Positions 19,300-29,742 of a stretch of 64,000 nucleotides of DNA are shown piece by piece. The translations under genes were made by a program, and so were the position numbers. Source of the DNA: Candidatus Heimdallarchaeota archaeon (lineage in GTDB: Archaea > Asgardarchaeota > Heimdallarchaeia > Heimdallarchaeales > Heimdallarchaeaceae). Under the pieces are notes generated by a model that was not told where the DNA came from, did not search any database, and saw only the letters and a list, made by a program, of their open reading frames with translations. Within the stretch, counting starts at the first letter, position 1. Every line of letters begins with the position of its first letter. The stretch spans positions 97 through 64,096 of the forward strand of contig JAUWPI010000001.1 in assembly GCA_030611665.1 (NCBI GenBank), written 5' to 3'.

Positions 19300-19704
19300 T
19301 TATTTTATCAAATCAGTGATAATTGTAGGACAGACGTCAATAACCCCATTCATTTTTTCAAGATGCTCTAGAAAATCAGTAAGTTTCTCATCATCTTCAA
19401 ACCAACATTCCATCATTATCATATGATCACCACTAGATGAATATAAACTCAATATCATGTCATTTTTCTTAAGTTTCTGAATTACAGCTAAATATCTTTG
19501 AGGAGTAGTATCAAGACCAATTAACGCTTTTACCCCAAAACCTAATTCTCGAGGATTTATCTCAACAGAATATCTAGTAATGATCCCTTGCTCCTCCATC
19601 TTCTTGACTCTTTTACGTACAGCAGTTTCAGTAACATTTAATTCAGCTGCGATGTCAACAAAAGATTTTCTCCCATTCCTCAATAATTCTTTGATTACAG
19701 CCAT
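19300..19704 (-). CDS. lrp: Lrp/AsnC family transcriptional regulator
   Basis: N-terminal HTH LRNGRKSFVDIAAELNVTETAVRKRVKKMEEQGII plus a C-terminal RAM domain. Confidence 0.8.
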   Translation of the reverse strand: MAVIKELLRNGRKSFVDIAAELNVTETAVRKRVKKMEEQGIITRYSVEINPRELGFGVKALIGLDTTPQRYLAVIQKLKKNDMILSLYSSSGDHMIMMECWFEDDEKLTDFLEHLEKMNGVIDVCPTIITDLIK

Positions 19705-19814
19705 ATTTGAGGTTTTATTTTTACTAGCAATCGTGTTCGAAATTCAAACCACCTTGTTTTGATATTCGAAAAGATTTATATAAACCTATTCTTAAGTCAA
19801 AATGGTGAATATGT

Positions 19815-20486
19815 ATGTCACTAAAAGAATATGAAGAAACTGGAAAAATCCCTTTAATTGGAACACTGTTCCCAAAGATGGCCGTGAATACAACTCATGG
19901 ACTGAAAAGATTACCTCATGATTACAAAGGAAAATGGTTAATTTTATTTAGTCATCCTGCAGATTATACTCCCGTCTGCACAACTGAATTTGTTTCTTTT
20001 CAAAAGCATTATGATGAATTTGCTGCTTTGAATGTAGAATTACTCGGTTTAAGCATAGATCAAGTTTTTAGTCACATTAAATGGGTTGACTGGATTAAAG
20101 AAAATTTAGACGTTGAAATTAAATTTCCTATCATTGCAGACCATGGAGAGGTTGCTAGACAACTAGGCATGTTACATGCCAAGGGTTCCAACACAGTAAG
20201 AGCTGTTTTCATAATGGACCCCAAAGGAATCATTAGAGCAATACTTTACTATCCTTCAGAACTCGGAAGAAATATGAAAGAAATTCTGAGAATGATAAAA
20301 GCTTTGAAAATTGCTGATAAACACGAAGTAGCCATGCCAGCTAACTGGCCAGAAAATGAACTGTTTGGTGATAATGTTATTATTCCTCCTGCAGGAACTG
20401 TTGAGAAGGCTAAAGAAAGACTTGCTGATGAAACTATTGAATGTTTAGATTGGTGGCTATGTCACAAAAAAAATCCTGAAAAATAA
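19815..20486 (+). CDS. Peroxiredoxin (Prx6/1-Cys-like thiol peroxidase)
   Basis: Peroxidatic Cys motif FTPVCTTE; length and conservation typical of archaeal Prx. Confidence 0.8.
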   Translation: MSLKEYEETGKIPLIGTLFPKMAVNTTHGLKRLPHDYKGKWLILFSHPADYTPVCTTEFVSFQKHYDEFAALNVELLGLSIDQVFSHIKWVDWIKENLDVEIKFPIIADHGEVARQLGMLHAKGSNTVRAVFIMDPKGIIRAILYYPSELGRNMKEILRMIKALKIADKHEVAMPANWPENELFGDNVIIPPAGTVEKAKERLADETIECLDWWLCHKKNPEK

Positions 20487-20508
20487 TCTTTTCTTTTCTT
20501 TTTTTTAG
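20487..20508 (+). terminator. Oligo-T tract downstream of the peroxiredoxin gene (archaeal-type terminator)
   Basis: tcttttcttttcttttttttag immediately after the TAA stop. Confidence 0.35.
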
Positions 20509-20542
20509 AAAGAATTAAATGACAGAGTAACTATTTCTGTTT

Positions 20543-21385
20543 ATGAACGAAACGATAGACTTTGTAGATACACACACTGATCCTGATGTGAAAATCAGAG
20601 TCGCAAAGTTTCCATGTACAAATGAAAAGTATTTAAAAAGAAATATCATCATCGTTCCAGGATGGTTAAGTGCTATAGATAATTTCACCACAACGGCTAG
20701 AAAATTACAAGCTTATGGTAACATCATTATTTATGAACCTCGAGGATTTGGAGAATCTCTCACCCCTCACAAGAAAGGTCTTTTCACTGTTGAAGAGTAC
20801 CAAGAAGAACTCAAAAAAGTTATAGATCATCTGAAACTTAAAAACAATGATTTCATTGTGTTAGGCAGTTGTTCTGGTGCTGCTATGGTTTTTAGTTATG
20901 TCTTAGATGGCAAAGGTAAGAAACCTAATGCATTAGTGATTTTCAGTCCTCAAGAACATTATAAAACCCCTTTTTGGCTCCCGATCTTAGGTTGGATTCC
21001 AACGTTTTTTATGAGTTTTATACAAAAACTAATTATTATATTTTATAGGTTATACGTAAAAATTCGAAGTAAAAAGGAATCGGAAACTGTTACTTGGGCT
21101 GAAGAACGTTTGAAGAAAAATGATGCTTGGAGTCTTAGACGGTATGTTTTGGAGTTTATTACTTCATATAATATTGTAGGAAGACAGAAAGAAATCGATA
21201 TCCCCATGCTCATCTTTATAGCTAAGAAAGATTATTTCGTGGATCCAAAAAAATCCAAGGAGTTTACACATCATCCTAATACTGAAATCTTCCAAGTTGA
21301 TGTATCAATGCATAGGTTACAAGAAGGAAATGAGAAATTAATAGCTGAAGAAGTGAACAAATACTTAAACAAAATAAAATTATAA
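20543..21385 (+). CDS. Alpha/beta hydrolase family protein
   Basis: Nucleophile-elbow-like GSCSGAA with a Cys/Ser nucleophile; fold-typical spacing. Confidence 0.5.
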   Translation: MNETIDFVDTHTDPDVKIRVAKFPCTNEKYLKRNIIIVPGWLSAIDNFTTTARKLQAYGNIIIYEPRGFGESLTPHKKGLFTVEEYQEELKKVIDHLKLKNNDFIVLGSCSGAAMVFSYVLDGKGKKPNALVIFSPQEHYKTPFWLPILGWIPTFFMSFIQKLIIIFYRLYVKIRSKKESETVTWAEERLKKNDAWSLRRYVLEFITSYNIVGRQKEIDIPMLIFIAKKDYFVDPKKSKEFTHHPNTEIFQVDVSMHRLQEGNEKLIAEEVNKYLNKIKL

Positions 21386-21390
21386 TTATT

Positions 21391-22251
21391 CTACTCAGAC
21401 GGAAGAAGAGACACAATGATTGTACCTATACCAGTTGATGTACCAATTATAGGAGCTGCTGGAGTAACAAAATATCTGTTAATTTTTAGTCTATTGCAAA
21501 GTTTTTCAATTATTAGATCTACACCATCTTGGTTTTCCACATGAGAGATTACCAAATCATATGAGATGGATTTATTAACGTTCTTAATTGCAAGACTAAT
21601 CAGGCGTTTAGACATTGATTTGTTTGTAAAAAATCCAGGTAATGTATTTTGCAAAATTCCTGGTATTTCCATTACAGCTACTGGTTTTATTTTTATTAAT
21701 TTCGTTAAATTCAAAACGAATTTTGACTTCAACCGTCCTGATTTATAGACGTTGTCCAAAGTATGAAAACCAACATCTAAGAAGTACTTCTTCTTAAGAA
21801 TATTAACAGATTTTTCAATTTCTTCTATTTTTGCACCTTTGAAGTTTAGCTCGAATATTTTTAAAATTATTAATCCTTGTACTCCTGAAGCTGATTGTGT
21901 ATCTATTACAGTGACTTTTCCTTTGAATTTGTTAGCTGCTATTCTATGTGCGTTAAAGGTTGATCCACTTAGTTCACTTGAAACAGAAACAGAGAAAATA
22001 TGCTCAAAGCCGTGTTGCTCAAAACCTTCCTTTAATTTTTCAGCAAAGTCGCTTGGTTCAGGATTTGTCGTCGGAGGGATAAGATCTCTGGTTCTTATTA
22101 AATCGTAAAAATTCTCTATTGAAATATCAACGCCAAGCTTCCAATATTTGTCATCAAAATAAACAACATGTGGAATTATAGCAACATTGTACTTCTCCAT
22201 CAATTCTTTTGGTAAGTCTGCTGCTGAGTCTGTTATGACACCAATTTTCAT
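21391..22251 (-). CDS. DegV family (fatty-acid-binding) protein
   Basis: MKIGVITDSAADLP N-terminus typical of DegV; 286 aa. Confidence 0.75.
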   Translation of the reverse strand: MKIGVITDSAADLPKELMEKYNVAIIPHVVYFDDKYWKLGVDISIENFYDLIRTRDLIPPTTNPEPSDFAEKLKEGFEQHGFEHIFSVSVSSELSGSTFNAHRIAANKFKGKVTVIDTQSASGVQGLIILKIFELNFKGAKIEEIEKSVNILKKKYFLDVGFHTLDNVYKSGRLKSKFVLNLTKLIKIKPVAVMEIPGILQNTLPGFFTNKSMSKRLISLAIKNVNKSISYDLVISHVENQDGVDLIIEKLCNRLKINRYFVTPAAPIIGTSTGIGTIIVSLLPSE

Positions 22252-22360
22252 TTGAACACTTTCTAGATAAAATTTTGATTATACTACTTATAAATTTGTT
22301 TGATGATAGATGTCTTAAAGTTTATATTATATCTTTGATTTATTTTTATTGGTATCTTCA

Positions 22361-24118
22361 ATGAATACAAAAGCAAAAATTGAAAGTGCTTTAGGAAAAA
22401 CTAAAGCTGATATTATACTTAGGGGTGGAGTTGTAGCTAATGTTCAGACCAAGGAGATGATTGAATCTGATGTTGTTATAACAGCAGGTTACATCAGTCA
22501 TGTTGGAAAAGATACGGCTTATTTTGAAAGCAAAAAGACAAGAATTATCAATTTAGAAGGGAAAATAATTTGTCCTGGATTGATTGAATCTCATATTCAT
22601 GTAGAATCTTCTATGTTATCTATAACACAATTTTCAAGGGCAGTAATTCCTCATGGAACAACTACTTGCGTTATCGATCCACATGAACTTGCCAATGTAG
22701 CTGGAGTTCAAGGATTGGAAGTTTTCCTAGAACAGGCTAAGAAGTCACCTATTCGATTTTTGATTGAAGCTCCTTCTTGTGTTCCCTCTTTACCCGGATT
22801 TGAAACTTCTGGGGCAGAATTGAATTCATCAGCCATTACACAATTAATGGAACGGGATGATATTTTTGCATTAGCTGAGATGATGAACTATCCCGGTGTT
22901 TTGCTTACCGATAAGGAAGTCTTAGCAAAAATTGATGCAGCAAAAAATGCTAGAAAGTTGATTGAAGGACATGCTCCTTTATTAAAAGGAAAAGAATTGC
23001 AAGCTTATATTGCTGCAGGAATATCTTCTGATCATGAAGCCTCTAGTGTAGAAGAAATTCTTGAAAAATTACGTTTAGGAATGAAAATACAACTAAGAGA
23101 AGGTTCCTTTGCTAAGGATTTATCGAATGTTGTGCAGGAATTAAAAGAAATGGAAATTGATACTAGAAACATAATGATTGCATCAGATGACAGGAACCCA
23201 GTTGATTTATTTGAGAAAGGTCATCTTGATTATTCTTTTAGACTAGCTGTAAACGCTGGTATGAATCCTTTGACTGTTCTACAAATGCTTACTATTAACC
23301 CTGCTACTCATTTAGGAATGGACAGTGAAATTGGTTCTATTGCTCCAGGTAAAGTAGCAGATTTGATTGTTGTTGATAATTTGAAGGATTTTAACTTAGT
23401 TACTACTATTGCTGAAGGTCAGATTCTTTTTGAGGAAGGAGAACTTAAACTGAAACCTAAAAATGAGAAGTATCCTAAATTTATTGTCAATACTATGTTC
23501 AATCTGGAAATCCCTCAGTTAGCAGACATTATGTTTATGGCTCCTGAGAAAGAAAAAGTGAAAGTGCGAACCATTGGAATAAATGAGCATTCTCTAATTA
23601 CTGATAATTTGGTTTCAGAACTAAAAGTCGTGGAAAAATTTATTGTTCCAGATTTGGAAAATGATGTTCTTCCAGTAATAGTTATGAATCGGCATACAGA
23701 TGAGCAATGCATTGGAAAAGGATTTGTCAAGGGTTTAGGGATAAAAAATGGTGCGATTGCAAGTACGGTTGCTCACGATTGTCATCAGCTAATTTGTGTT
23801 GGTACTGATTACAATATGATGATTGAAGCTATTTGGGAATTAAAAGACTCTAATGGTGGGTTAGCGGTTGTCACTGAAGAAGAAAATACAGTTTTACCAT
23901 TAGAATTTGCAGGAATTATGAGTGTAAAGAAATATGAAGAAGTCATAGTTGATTTCAAGCGTTTAGACGAGGCTTTAGAAAAACTAACTCCTAAAATATC
24001 TGATCCTTTTATGGCTTTAGCTTTTGTTGCATTACCCGTTATACCTCACCTAAAACTTACAGATCAAGGGTTAATGGATGTTGATAAATTTACACTAACT
24101 GATGTTATAATTGAGTAA
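22361..24118 (+). CDS. ade: Adenine deaminase
   Basis: Metal-binding HIHVESSM motif and amidohydrolase fold pattern; ~586 aa. ATG at 22361 preferred over the TTG at 22349. Confidence 0.8.
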   Translation: MNTKAKIESALGKTKADIILRGGVVANVQTKEMIESDVVITAGYISHVGKDTAYFESKKTRIINLEGKIICPGLIESHIHVESSMLSITQFSRAVIPHGTTTCVIDPHELANVAGVQGLEVFLEQAKKSPIRFLIEAPSCVPSLPGFETSGAELNSSAITQLMERDDIFALAEMMNYPGVLLTDKEVLAKIDAAKNARKLIEGHAPLLKGKELQAYIAAGISSDHEASSVEEILEKLRLGMKIQLREGSFAKDLSNVVQELKEMEIDTRNIMIASDDRNPVDLFEKGHLDYSFRLAVNAGMNPLTVLQMLTINPATHLGMDSEIGSIAPGKVADLIVVDNLKDFNLVTTIAEGQILFEEGELKLKPKNEKYPKFIVNTMFNLEIPQLADIMFMAPEKEKVKVRTIGINEHSLITDNLVSELKVVEKFIVPDLENDVLPVIVMNRHTDEQCIGKGFVKGLGIKNGAIASTVAHDCHQLICVGTDYNMMIEAIWELKDSNGGLAVVTEEENTVLPLEFAGIMSVKKYEEVIVDFKRLDEALEKLTPKISDPFMALAFVALPVIPHLKLTDQGLMDVDKFTLTDVIIE

Positions 24119-24193
24119 TCTTAGTATATTAATTTACAAAAATCTATCTCTTTTTCCACAAGATTTTTTATTTCATTCGTCTTGAGATTAACG

Positions 24194-24913
24194 ATGACAA
24201 AATTACTCTTTCAAGATGATTCTTACATTAAGGAATTTGAAGCAGAAATTAAAGAAATTATTGACGACACTGTTGTTTTAAACCAAACTGCTTTTGCTTA
24301 CCGTGGAGGTGGTTTACAGAGTGACACAGGCTATCTAGAAATAACTTCAGGTGAGAAATATGAGCTGATTGAGGCGTATTTCAAAAGTGGTAAAGTGTTA
24401 CATAAACTCTCACCCCCCCCGCAGAAGAGTTTGTTAAACCAGAAAGTTTCTTGTTCACTTAACTGGGATACACGTTATAGACAAATGAGGATGCATACTG
24501 CGATTCATGCTTTATCTGGAATATTATTCAAAAAATATGGATCTACAGTCACTGGTGGGAGCATAACTCCTGATAGAAGTAGAGTGGATTTTGAAATCGA
24601 CCATCTGAGACAAGAAAGAGTCGAAGAAATCGTTCTAGAAATTAATAAGATTCTAGCTGAAGATCACCCTGTTTCTGTTTCCTATATGGAACGTGAACAA
24701 GCTCTCGAAATTCCTGATTTAATTCGAACGAAAGTGAATTTGATTCCAACGAGTGTTAAAACAATCAGAATTGTTGAGATAAAAGGGGTGGATATGCAAG
24801 CAGACGGGGGAGTGCACGTGGCTAATACAAATGAAATTGGTGAGTTTGTTTCACTTAAATCAGAAAATAGAGGAAAGAATAACAAAAGGCTGTATTTCAC
24901 TGTAAAACCCTAA
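24194..24913 (+). CDS. alaX: Alanyl-tRNA editing protein AlaX-M
   Basis: HxxxH zinc motif (HTAIHAL) of the AlaRS second additional domain, a C-terminal G-rich region, and ~240 aa. Confidence 0.7.
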   Translation: MTKLLFQDDSYIKEFEAEIKEIIDDTVVLNQTAFAYRGGGLQSDTGYLEITSGEKYELIEAYFKSGKVLHKLSPPPQKSLLNQKVSCSLNWDTRYRQMRMHTAIHALSGILFKKYGSTVTGGSITPDRSRVDFEIDHLRQERVEEIVLEINKILAEDHPVSVSYMEREQALEIPDLIRTKVNLIPTSVKTIRIVEIKGVDMQADGGVHVANTNEIGEFVSLKSENRGKNNKRLYFTVKP

Positions 24914-25006
24914 CAATTAAGAATAAAAGGGGATTAACCGCAATCTTTTAAAATGTGTGTTATTGAACGATAAAACGAGAATATTAAAAGGAAAATTGGG
25001 ATATAT

Positions 25007-25879
25007 ATGAAAAAAGCTAAGATGTTCGGAATAATATTAATTCTTACTTTCACAATTCTAGTATTTGCTAATACTTCACTAGGAAGTGAATTATATCAAC
25101 AAACCTCGAAAGTCACAAGTACAACAGAGGATTGTTATGAGTCACTTCTTGCCCCTGAAACATTCAATTTAACACTCCTTAATAATGTTACATATGGTCC
25201 ATCTGTAAAAAATAAAGCTATAATAAAATGGAAAGTAGGAAACTATGAGAGAACTGATAATTTTAATATAGCAGAAGGAGACAAAAACCTAAAATCTGGG
25301 GATACAATAAACCTTCAAATCGGTTCAAATCCCTACTTACAATTACCGAATGTAGATGCATGGGCTCAAATATATATTAACGACGTAATGGCTCGTTATC
25401 CTAACCTCAATAGTCGAATCCTTGCTGTGTTTAAGTATATTCAACCAATAACTTTGGATATATTTGAACAAGGTGTTAATTATACCGAAGAAAGCTATTT
25501 CTTTTATCTTGAAAATTCTACTGCAGTTGACAAATCTTATTGGACATTTGAAGAAAAAACTGTGACTTACAATTATACATCCATAACTGAAGTCAGTAAT
25601 GTGACTGATATTTCTATGGTTTATGACAGGGAAACTGGTGTCATGAATCAAATGTTCTATTCAGCAAGATTCACAAATGAAACAGGTCATTTTGCTGGAG
25701 CAAACTTTACTTTAACTAGAACCCATGGTTGGGGCTTAGCTTATAACATAAGCACATTAGTTGTCTGGATACCATTGATGGCATTAGCAATAGGATTAAT
25801 TGTTGCTATACGAGTGCACGCATTCCAAAGATTTAAACTATATCTTGAAGCAAGAAAGATTGTAAGAAGAGAAGAATAA
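25007..25879 (+). CDS. Secreted, membrane-anchored protein with many N-x-S/T sequons
   Basis: Signal peptide MKKAKMFGIILILTFTILVFA, C-terminal TM helix, and many NxT/NxS sites. Confidence 0.4.
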   Translation: MKKAKMFGIILILTFTILVFANTSLGSELYQQTSKVTSTTEDCYESLLAPETFNLTLLNNVTYGPSVKNKAIIKWKVGNYERTDNFNIAEGDKNLKSGDTINLQIGSNPYLQLPNVDAWAQIYINDVMARYPNLNSRILAVFKYIQPITLDIFEQGVNYTEESYFFYLENSTAVDKSYWTFEEKTVTYNYTSITEVSNVTDISMVYDRETGVMNQMFYSARFTNETGHFAGANFTLTRTHGWGLAYNISTLVVWIPLMALAIGLIVAIRVHAFQRFKLYLEARKIVRREE

Positions 25880-26044
25880 TCTCTCTCTTTCCTCTTTATT
25901 TTATTCCGAATGTTATTTTACTGTATAATTTTTCAATATTTCAGCCAAAACGAAAACATTAAAAGTAAAAAAGACAGTTTTTTATTCCAAAAGAAAATTA
26001 CATAATAGACTACCTTAGTTAGTTTTTATTGGAAAGGGATAATT

Positions 26045-27568
26045 ATGCCTAATTTAAAAATCCAAAAAATTGATGTTAATATAGAACGTTCTTTAGCATT
26101 TGTTAATGCTAAGACATTAGATGAACATAAAATTCAACATTCTGCTAATATTAAAATTAAGAGCGAAAACTCTGAAGTTATGAGTGAAGTTATTTCAACT
26201 GAGACTCTTGTTGAACCTGGTTTTATAGGTCTCTCTGAGGAACTTATAACAAAATTAATGAGTAAAGTAAATAAGAAAGTTAACGTTTTTGCTAGAAAAA
26301 GACCAGCATCACTTGAATTTGTGAAAAATAAGCAAGCTGGGAAAATTTGGACTGAAAGTCATATTCGATCGATTGTTAGTGATATCTGCGTTGGACAATA
26401 TACGGACTTAGAACTCTCCATGTTCACACTTGCTCAATATTATACGGGACTAGATATGAATGAAATCCAATTTTTAACCCAATCTATGGCTGAATTTGGT
26501 ACAACTATAGATTTTGACGAACCAGTGTATGATAAACACTCAATTGGGGGAATTCCTGGAAACAAAGTTTCGCTGATAATTGTTCCAACTGTTGCAGCTG
26601 CAGGGCTATTGATACCAAAAACTAGTTCCCGAGCAATCACATCTCCAAGTGGAACAGCTGATACAATGGAAGTTCTGTGTGATGTGAATTTTTCATCCGA
26701 TGAGATATTAGAAATAGCTCCCAAAGTTCGGGGAATGCTTGTTTGGGGAGGTACTTTAGATTTATCACCTTTAGATGAAATTGTAATTCATAAGGTTGAA
26801 CAACCTCTCGGTATTGATCCACATAGTCAAATGTTAGCAAGTATCTTTAGTAAGAAAGTTTCTACTGGAGTTGATTACCTTGTGTTAGATATTCCTACTG
26901 GAACAGGGTCAAAAATGCCAACAAGAGAGGAGGCTATTCAGTATGCACATGAATCTACTGAATTAGGAAGAAGACTCGGAATACATATAGAAGCTGCTTT
27001 GAGCTATGGTGAGCAACCACTTGGAAAAGCTGTTGGTCCTGCTCTAGAAGCTAAAGAAGCATTGGAAGTTCTTCTTGGTATGGGGCCTACAAGTGTGCTC
27101 GAGAAAAGTAATGAGCTTTCAGGAATTCTTTTCGAAATGGCTGGTTTAGCTACCGCAGGTCAAGGAGCATCCTTAGCTGCTGACTTTATTAAAAAAGGTA
27201 AAGCAAAAGCAAAAATGGAAGAAATTCTAGGCGTTCAAGGAGGAAACCCTAATATTAAACCAGAAGAAGTTGAAGTTGGGGAATACACAGTAGATGTACT
27301 AGCTCCTAAAGATGGTTATATTGTTAGACTATCTAATGTAGCTGTTAAGAAAATAGCTTATGCCGCGGGAACTCCAAGTCACAAGAAAGCTGGTGTCTAT
27401 CTTTATAAGAAAAGTGGAGATTTCTGCAAGAAGGATGACAAATTAATGACTTTATATTCTGATAGTGAAGGAAGACTTACTGAAGCATTGAACCTTGCAA
27501 CAAATTTGTCTCCTTTCGTATTAGAAGGTATGATTTTGAAGAGAATATCTTCAGGACCTAAACTATAG
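26045..27568 (+). CDS. deoA: AMP phosphorylase (thymidine phosphorylase family)
   Basis: Thymidine phosphorylase-family core (SIGGIPGNKVSLIIVP, TSSRAITSPSGTADT) with the ~80-aa N-terminal extension and ~507-aa length typical of archaeal AMP phosphorylase. Confidence 0.75.
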   Translation: MPNLKIQKIDVNIERSLAFVNAKTLDEHKIQHSANIKIKSENSEVMSEVISTETLVEPGFIGLSEELITKLMSKVNKKVNVFARKRPASLEFVKNKQAGKIWTESHIRSIVSDICVGQYTDLELSMFTLAQYYTGLDMNEIQFLTQSMAEFGTTIDFDEPVYDKHSIGGIPGNKVSLIIVPTVAAAGLLIPKTSSRAITSPSGTADTMEVLCDVNFSSDEILEIAPKVRGMLVWGGTLDLSPLDEIVIHKVEQPLGIDPHSQMLASIFSKKVSTGVDYLVLDIPTGTGSKMPTREEAIQYAHESTELGRRLGIHIEAALSYGEQPLGKAVGPALEAKEALEVLLGMGPTSVLEKSNELSGILFEMAGLATAGQGASLAADFIKKGKAKAKMEEILGVQGGNPNIKPEEVEVGEYTVDVLAPKDGYIVRLSNVAVKKIAYAAGTPSHKKAGVYLYKKSGDFCKKDDKLMTLYSDSEGRLTEALNLATNLSPFVLEGMILKRISSGPKL

Positions 27569-27573
27569 AACTA

Positions 27574-28044
27574 TTAGTCCTCTAAATCTTCTTTTTTCTC
27601 CTTTTTCAAAACCATTCTATGCATATAGAGGGATTGATCAAAAAAGGAAATGTTAAAACCAATTTTTTGCCAGAAAGGTGTAACAAAAGGGGAACAACAT
27701 AGTTGAACTGTATCGCTATCAATTATGTCTCGAATTAGAATTTCCGCACTCATTTGTCCAATCCCTTTTCTTCTTAAATCTTCACGAACTTCAAAAACAT
27801 AAACGATGGGACAGCCAACAGACATAAAGAGACTCTCTGAATTTGGATCATCAGGAATTATCGCTGTAACTGCAACAATTTCCTCATTCTGAAAGAATCC
27901 ATAACATTTGATTTCTTCATCAAAGAACATTCTATATGAAGTGAAAAATGGAAAAGCATGAGCTGGGACATCATCAAAATCAATTAAATGAACTTTGATT
28001 TCATCGATTTTAGCTTCATTATTGTTCATGAGATTGTTTATCAT
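27574..28044 (-). CDS. GNAT family acetyltransferase (probable)
   Basis: Acetyl-CoA motif-A-like RRKGIGQ; start uncertain (alternative ATGs or a TTG at 28080). Confidence 0.45.
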   Translation of the reverse strand: MINNLMNNNEAKIDEIKVHLIDFDDVPAHAFPFFTSYRMFFDEEIKCYGFFQNEEIVAVTAIIPDDPNSESLFMSVGCPIVYVFEVREDLRRKGIGQMSAEILIRDIIDSDTVQLCCSPFVTPFWQKIGFNISFFDQSLYMHRMVLKKEKKEDLED

Positions 28045-28166
28045 AAGGCTTTGGTTATAAAAAAATTTGTTATTGTCCAAATATATATCGTATATGTAAT
28101 TGTAAGTTAATTCAAGCGGAAGATTTTTTATTAATAGAACAATTTATTTTTGTTAAAGGGATTACT

Positions 28167-29372
28167 ATGTCTGGATTTGGAAACGTCGAAAACGCAATGT
28201 TTGGGAAATCTATTTTCAAAAGTGAATCTACTCTCTATCCTGAGTATGTACCACCAGAATTACCTACTAGAGAAGAAGAAATAGAAAGATTAGTAAGAAA
28301 CTTCAGATCCTTGCTAGGGCAAGAAGGTTCTTTCTCCGTAAATGTTGCTATTGTAGGGGAAGCAGGGATGGGGAAAACTGCTCTGTGCAAATATACTATG
28401 AAACGATTCGAAGAAGCAGCTAATAATAGAAATATCAATGTAAAATTTCTTTATTATAATTGCCATTCATTTCGAAGCAAAACAGCTATTCTAAGAAATA
28501 TTCTTTCAGAGCATTTCCATATTCAATCCCGTGGATTTAGTGATGAGGAAATTCTCGACATGTTGGTTAAACGGTTAACACGAGAGAAAATTCGTCTGAT
28601 AATTGGAATTGACGAAGCTAATATGCTAAACTCGGAAGATATTTTGAGTATTTTTCATGCTGGAGAGTATTTTGGTTCCGAACAATCTATGATATCAACA
28701 ATTGTGATTTCAAGACCTATTGAGTGGCGCTCATTACTTAATGTGCCATTGTCGGGACATATTCATGATCAGATTGATTTACCTGGGTATGATAGGGATA
28801 ACCTTCTTCAAATATTAGAGTATAGAGCTCAGACTGCCTTATATCCCACTTCCTATTCTGATGAAACCCTTAATTTAATAGCTGATATCTGTGCATCCTC
28901 CCAAAATGCTAGACATGGTTTAGAAATTCTTTATCGTTCAGGCAAACTTGCTGATCTTAAACATGAGTCATTCATCAATCCTGAATATATACGTGCTGCC
29001 AGAGCTGATGTATATCCAGAATTACGTAGAGATGTGTTAAAAGATTTAAGACAACATGAGCTACTTGCTGCTTTAGGTGTCGCAAGAAAACTTTCTACAA
29101 AAGGGATTACATCAGCTACAGTTGACGATAGTTACAATAGCTATGTACTTTGTTGTGAAGAATACAACGAAGAAATAAGAGGTAAATCTACGTTTAGAAG
29201 TGCTGTGGAAACTCTACACAAAGTAGGAATAATTGGGAAAACCGTCGGACCTATACAAGAAGGTAAGCGCGGAAGGAGGGCAAAAATTACTACATTTGAT
29301 ATTCCTGCGACTGTGCTTGTAGAAAGGATACATAATATCCTCTCTAAATCAAAAGATTCTTACAAGATTTAA
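28167..29372 (+). CDS. cdc6: Orc1/Cdc6 replication initiator
   Basis: AAA+ Walker A GEAGMGKT, Walker B IGIDEA, a C-terminal winged helix, and ~400 aa. Confidence 0.85.
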   Translation: MSGFGNVENAMFGKSIFKSESTLYPEYVPPELPTREEEIERLVRNFRSLLGQEGSFSVNVAIVGEAGMGKTALCKYTMKRFEEAANNRNINVKFLYYNCHSFRSKTAILRNILSEHFHIQSRGFSDEEILDMLVKRLTREKIRLIIGIDEANMLNSEDILSIFHAGEYFGSEQSMISTIVISRPIEWRSLLNVPLSGHIHDQIDLPGYDRDNLLQILEYRAQTALYPTSYSDETLNLIADICASSQNARHGLEILYRSGKLADLKHESFINPEYIRAARADVYPELRRDVLKDLRQHELLAALGVARKLSTKGITSATVDDSYNSYVLCCEEYNEEIRGKSTFRSAVETLHKVGIIGKTVGPIQEGKRGRRAKITTFDIPATVLVERIHNILSKSKDSYKI

Positions 29373-29602
29373 TTGACACAAATCATTGTCATTGAATTTT
29401 TTACTCCCTCAATAATGATATTATTGTTCAAAACTTGATTCTTCAATTCATCCATAGATTCAAATTCAATTTTAACAATAAGATCATAGATGCCGTATAC
29501 AGCATATACTTCTTTAACTTCTTTCATTTCATGTAAACCATCTTGAACGGCTTCAAGCATTCCCTGTTGAACATTTAGCAAGATGTAAGCAGCTTGTGTC
29601 AT
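29369..29602 (-). CDS. Stand-alone Lrp/AsnC C-terminal (RAM) domain protein
   Basis: ~78 aa with an AVYGIYDLIVKIEFESMDEL pattern like the Lrp ligand-binding domain. Confidence 0.5.
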   Translation of the reverse strand: MTQAAYILLNVQQGMLEAVQDGLHEMKEVKEVYAVYGIYDLIVKIEFESMDELKNQVLNNNIIIEGVKNSMTMICVN

Positions 29603-29742
29603 TGTAATCACTTTATCGTAATCAATGTTCCTTCAAATAATGAGTTTAAAAAACCTAACATTATTACATTGCATCTTTTCTATTAAACCAAACAATACCA
29701 TCTATCAATACAGTAAATCTTTAAGTAAAAAAGGAGATAACT

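Noticed and set aside
28081-28166. Looked for Origin Recognition Box (ORB/mini-ORB) repeats upstream of orc1/cdc6
   Set aside because: The spacer is only 86 bp, and no inverted or direct repeats resembling ORB elements are visible by eye.
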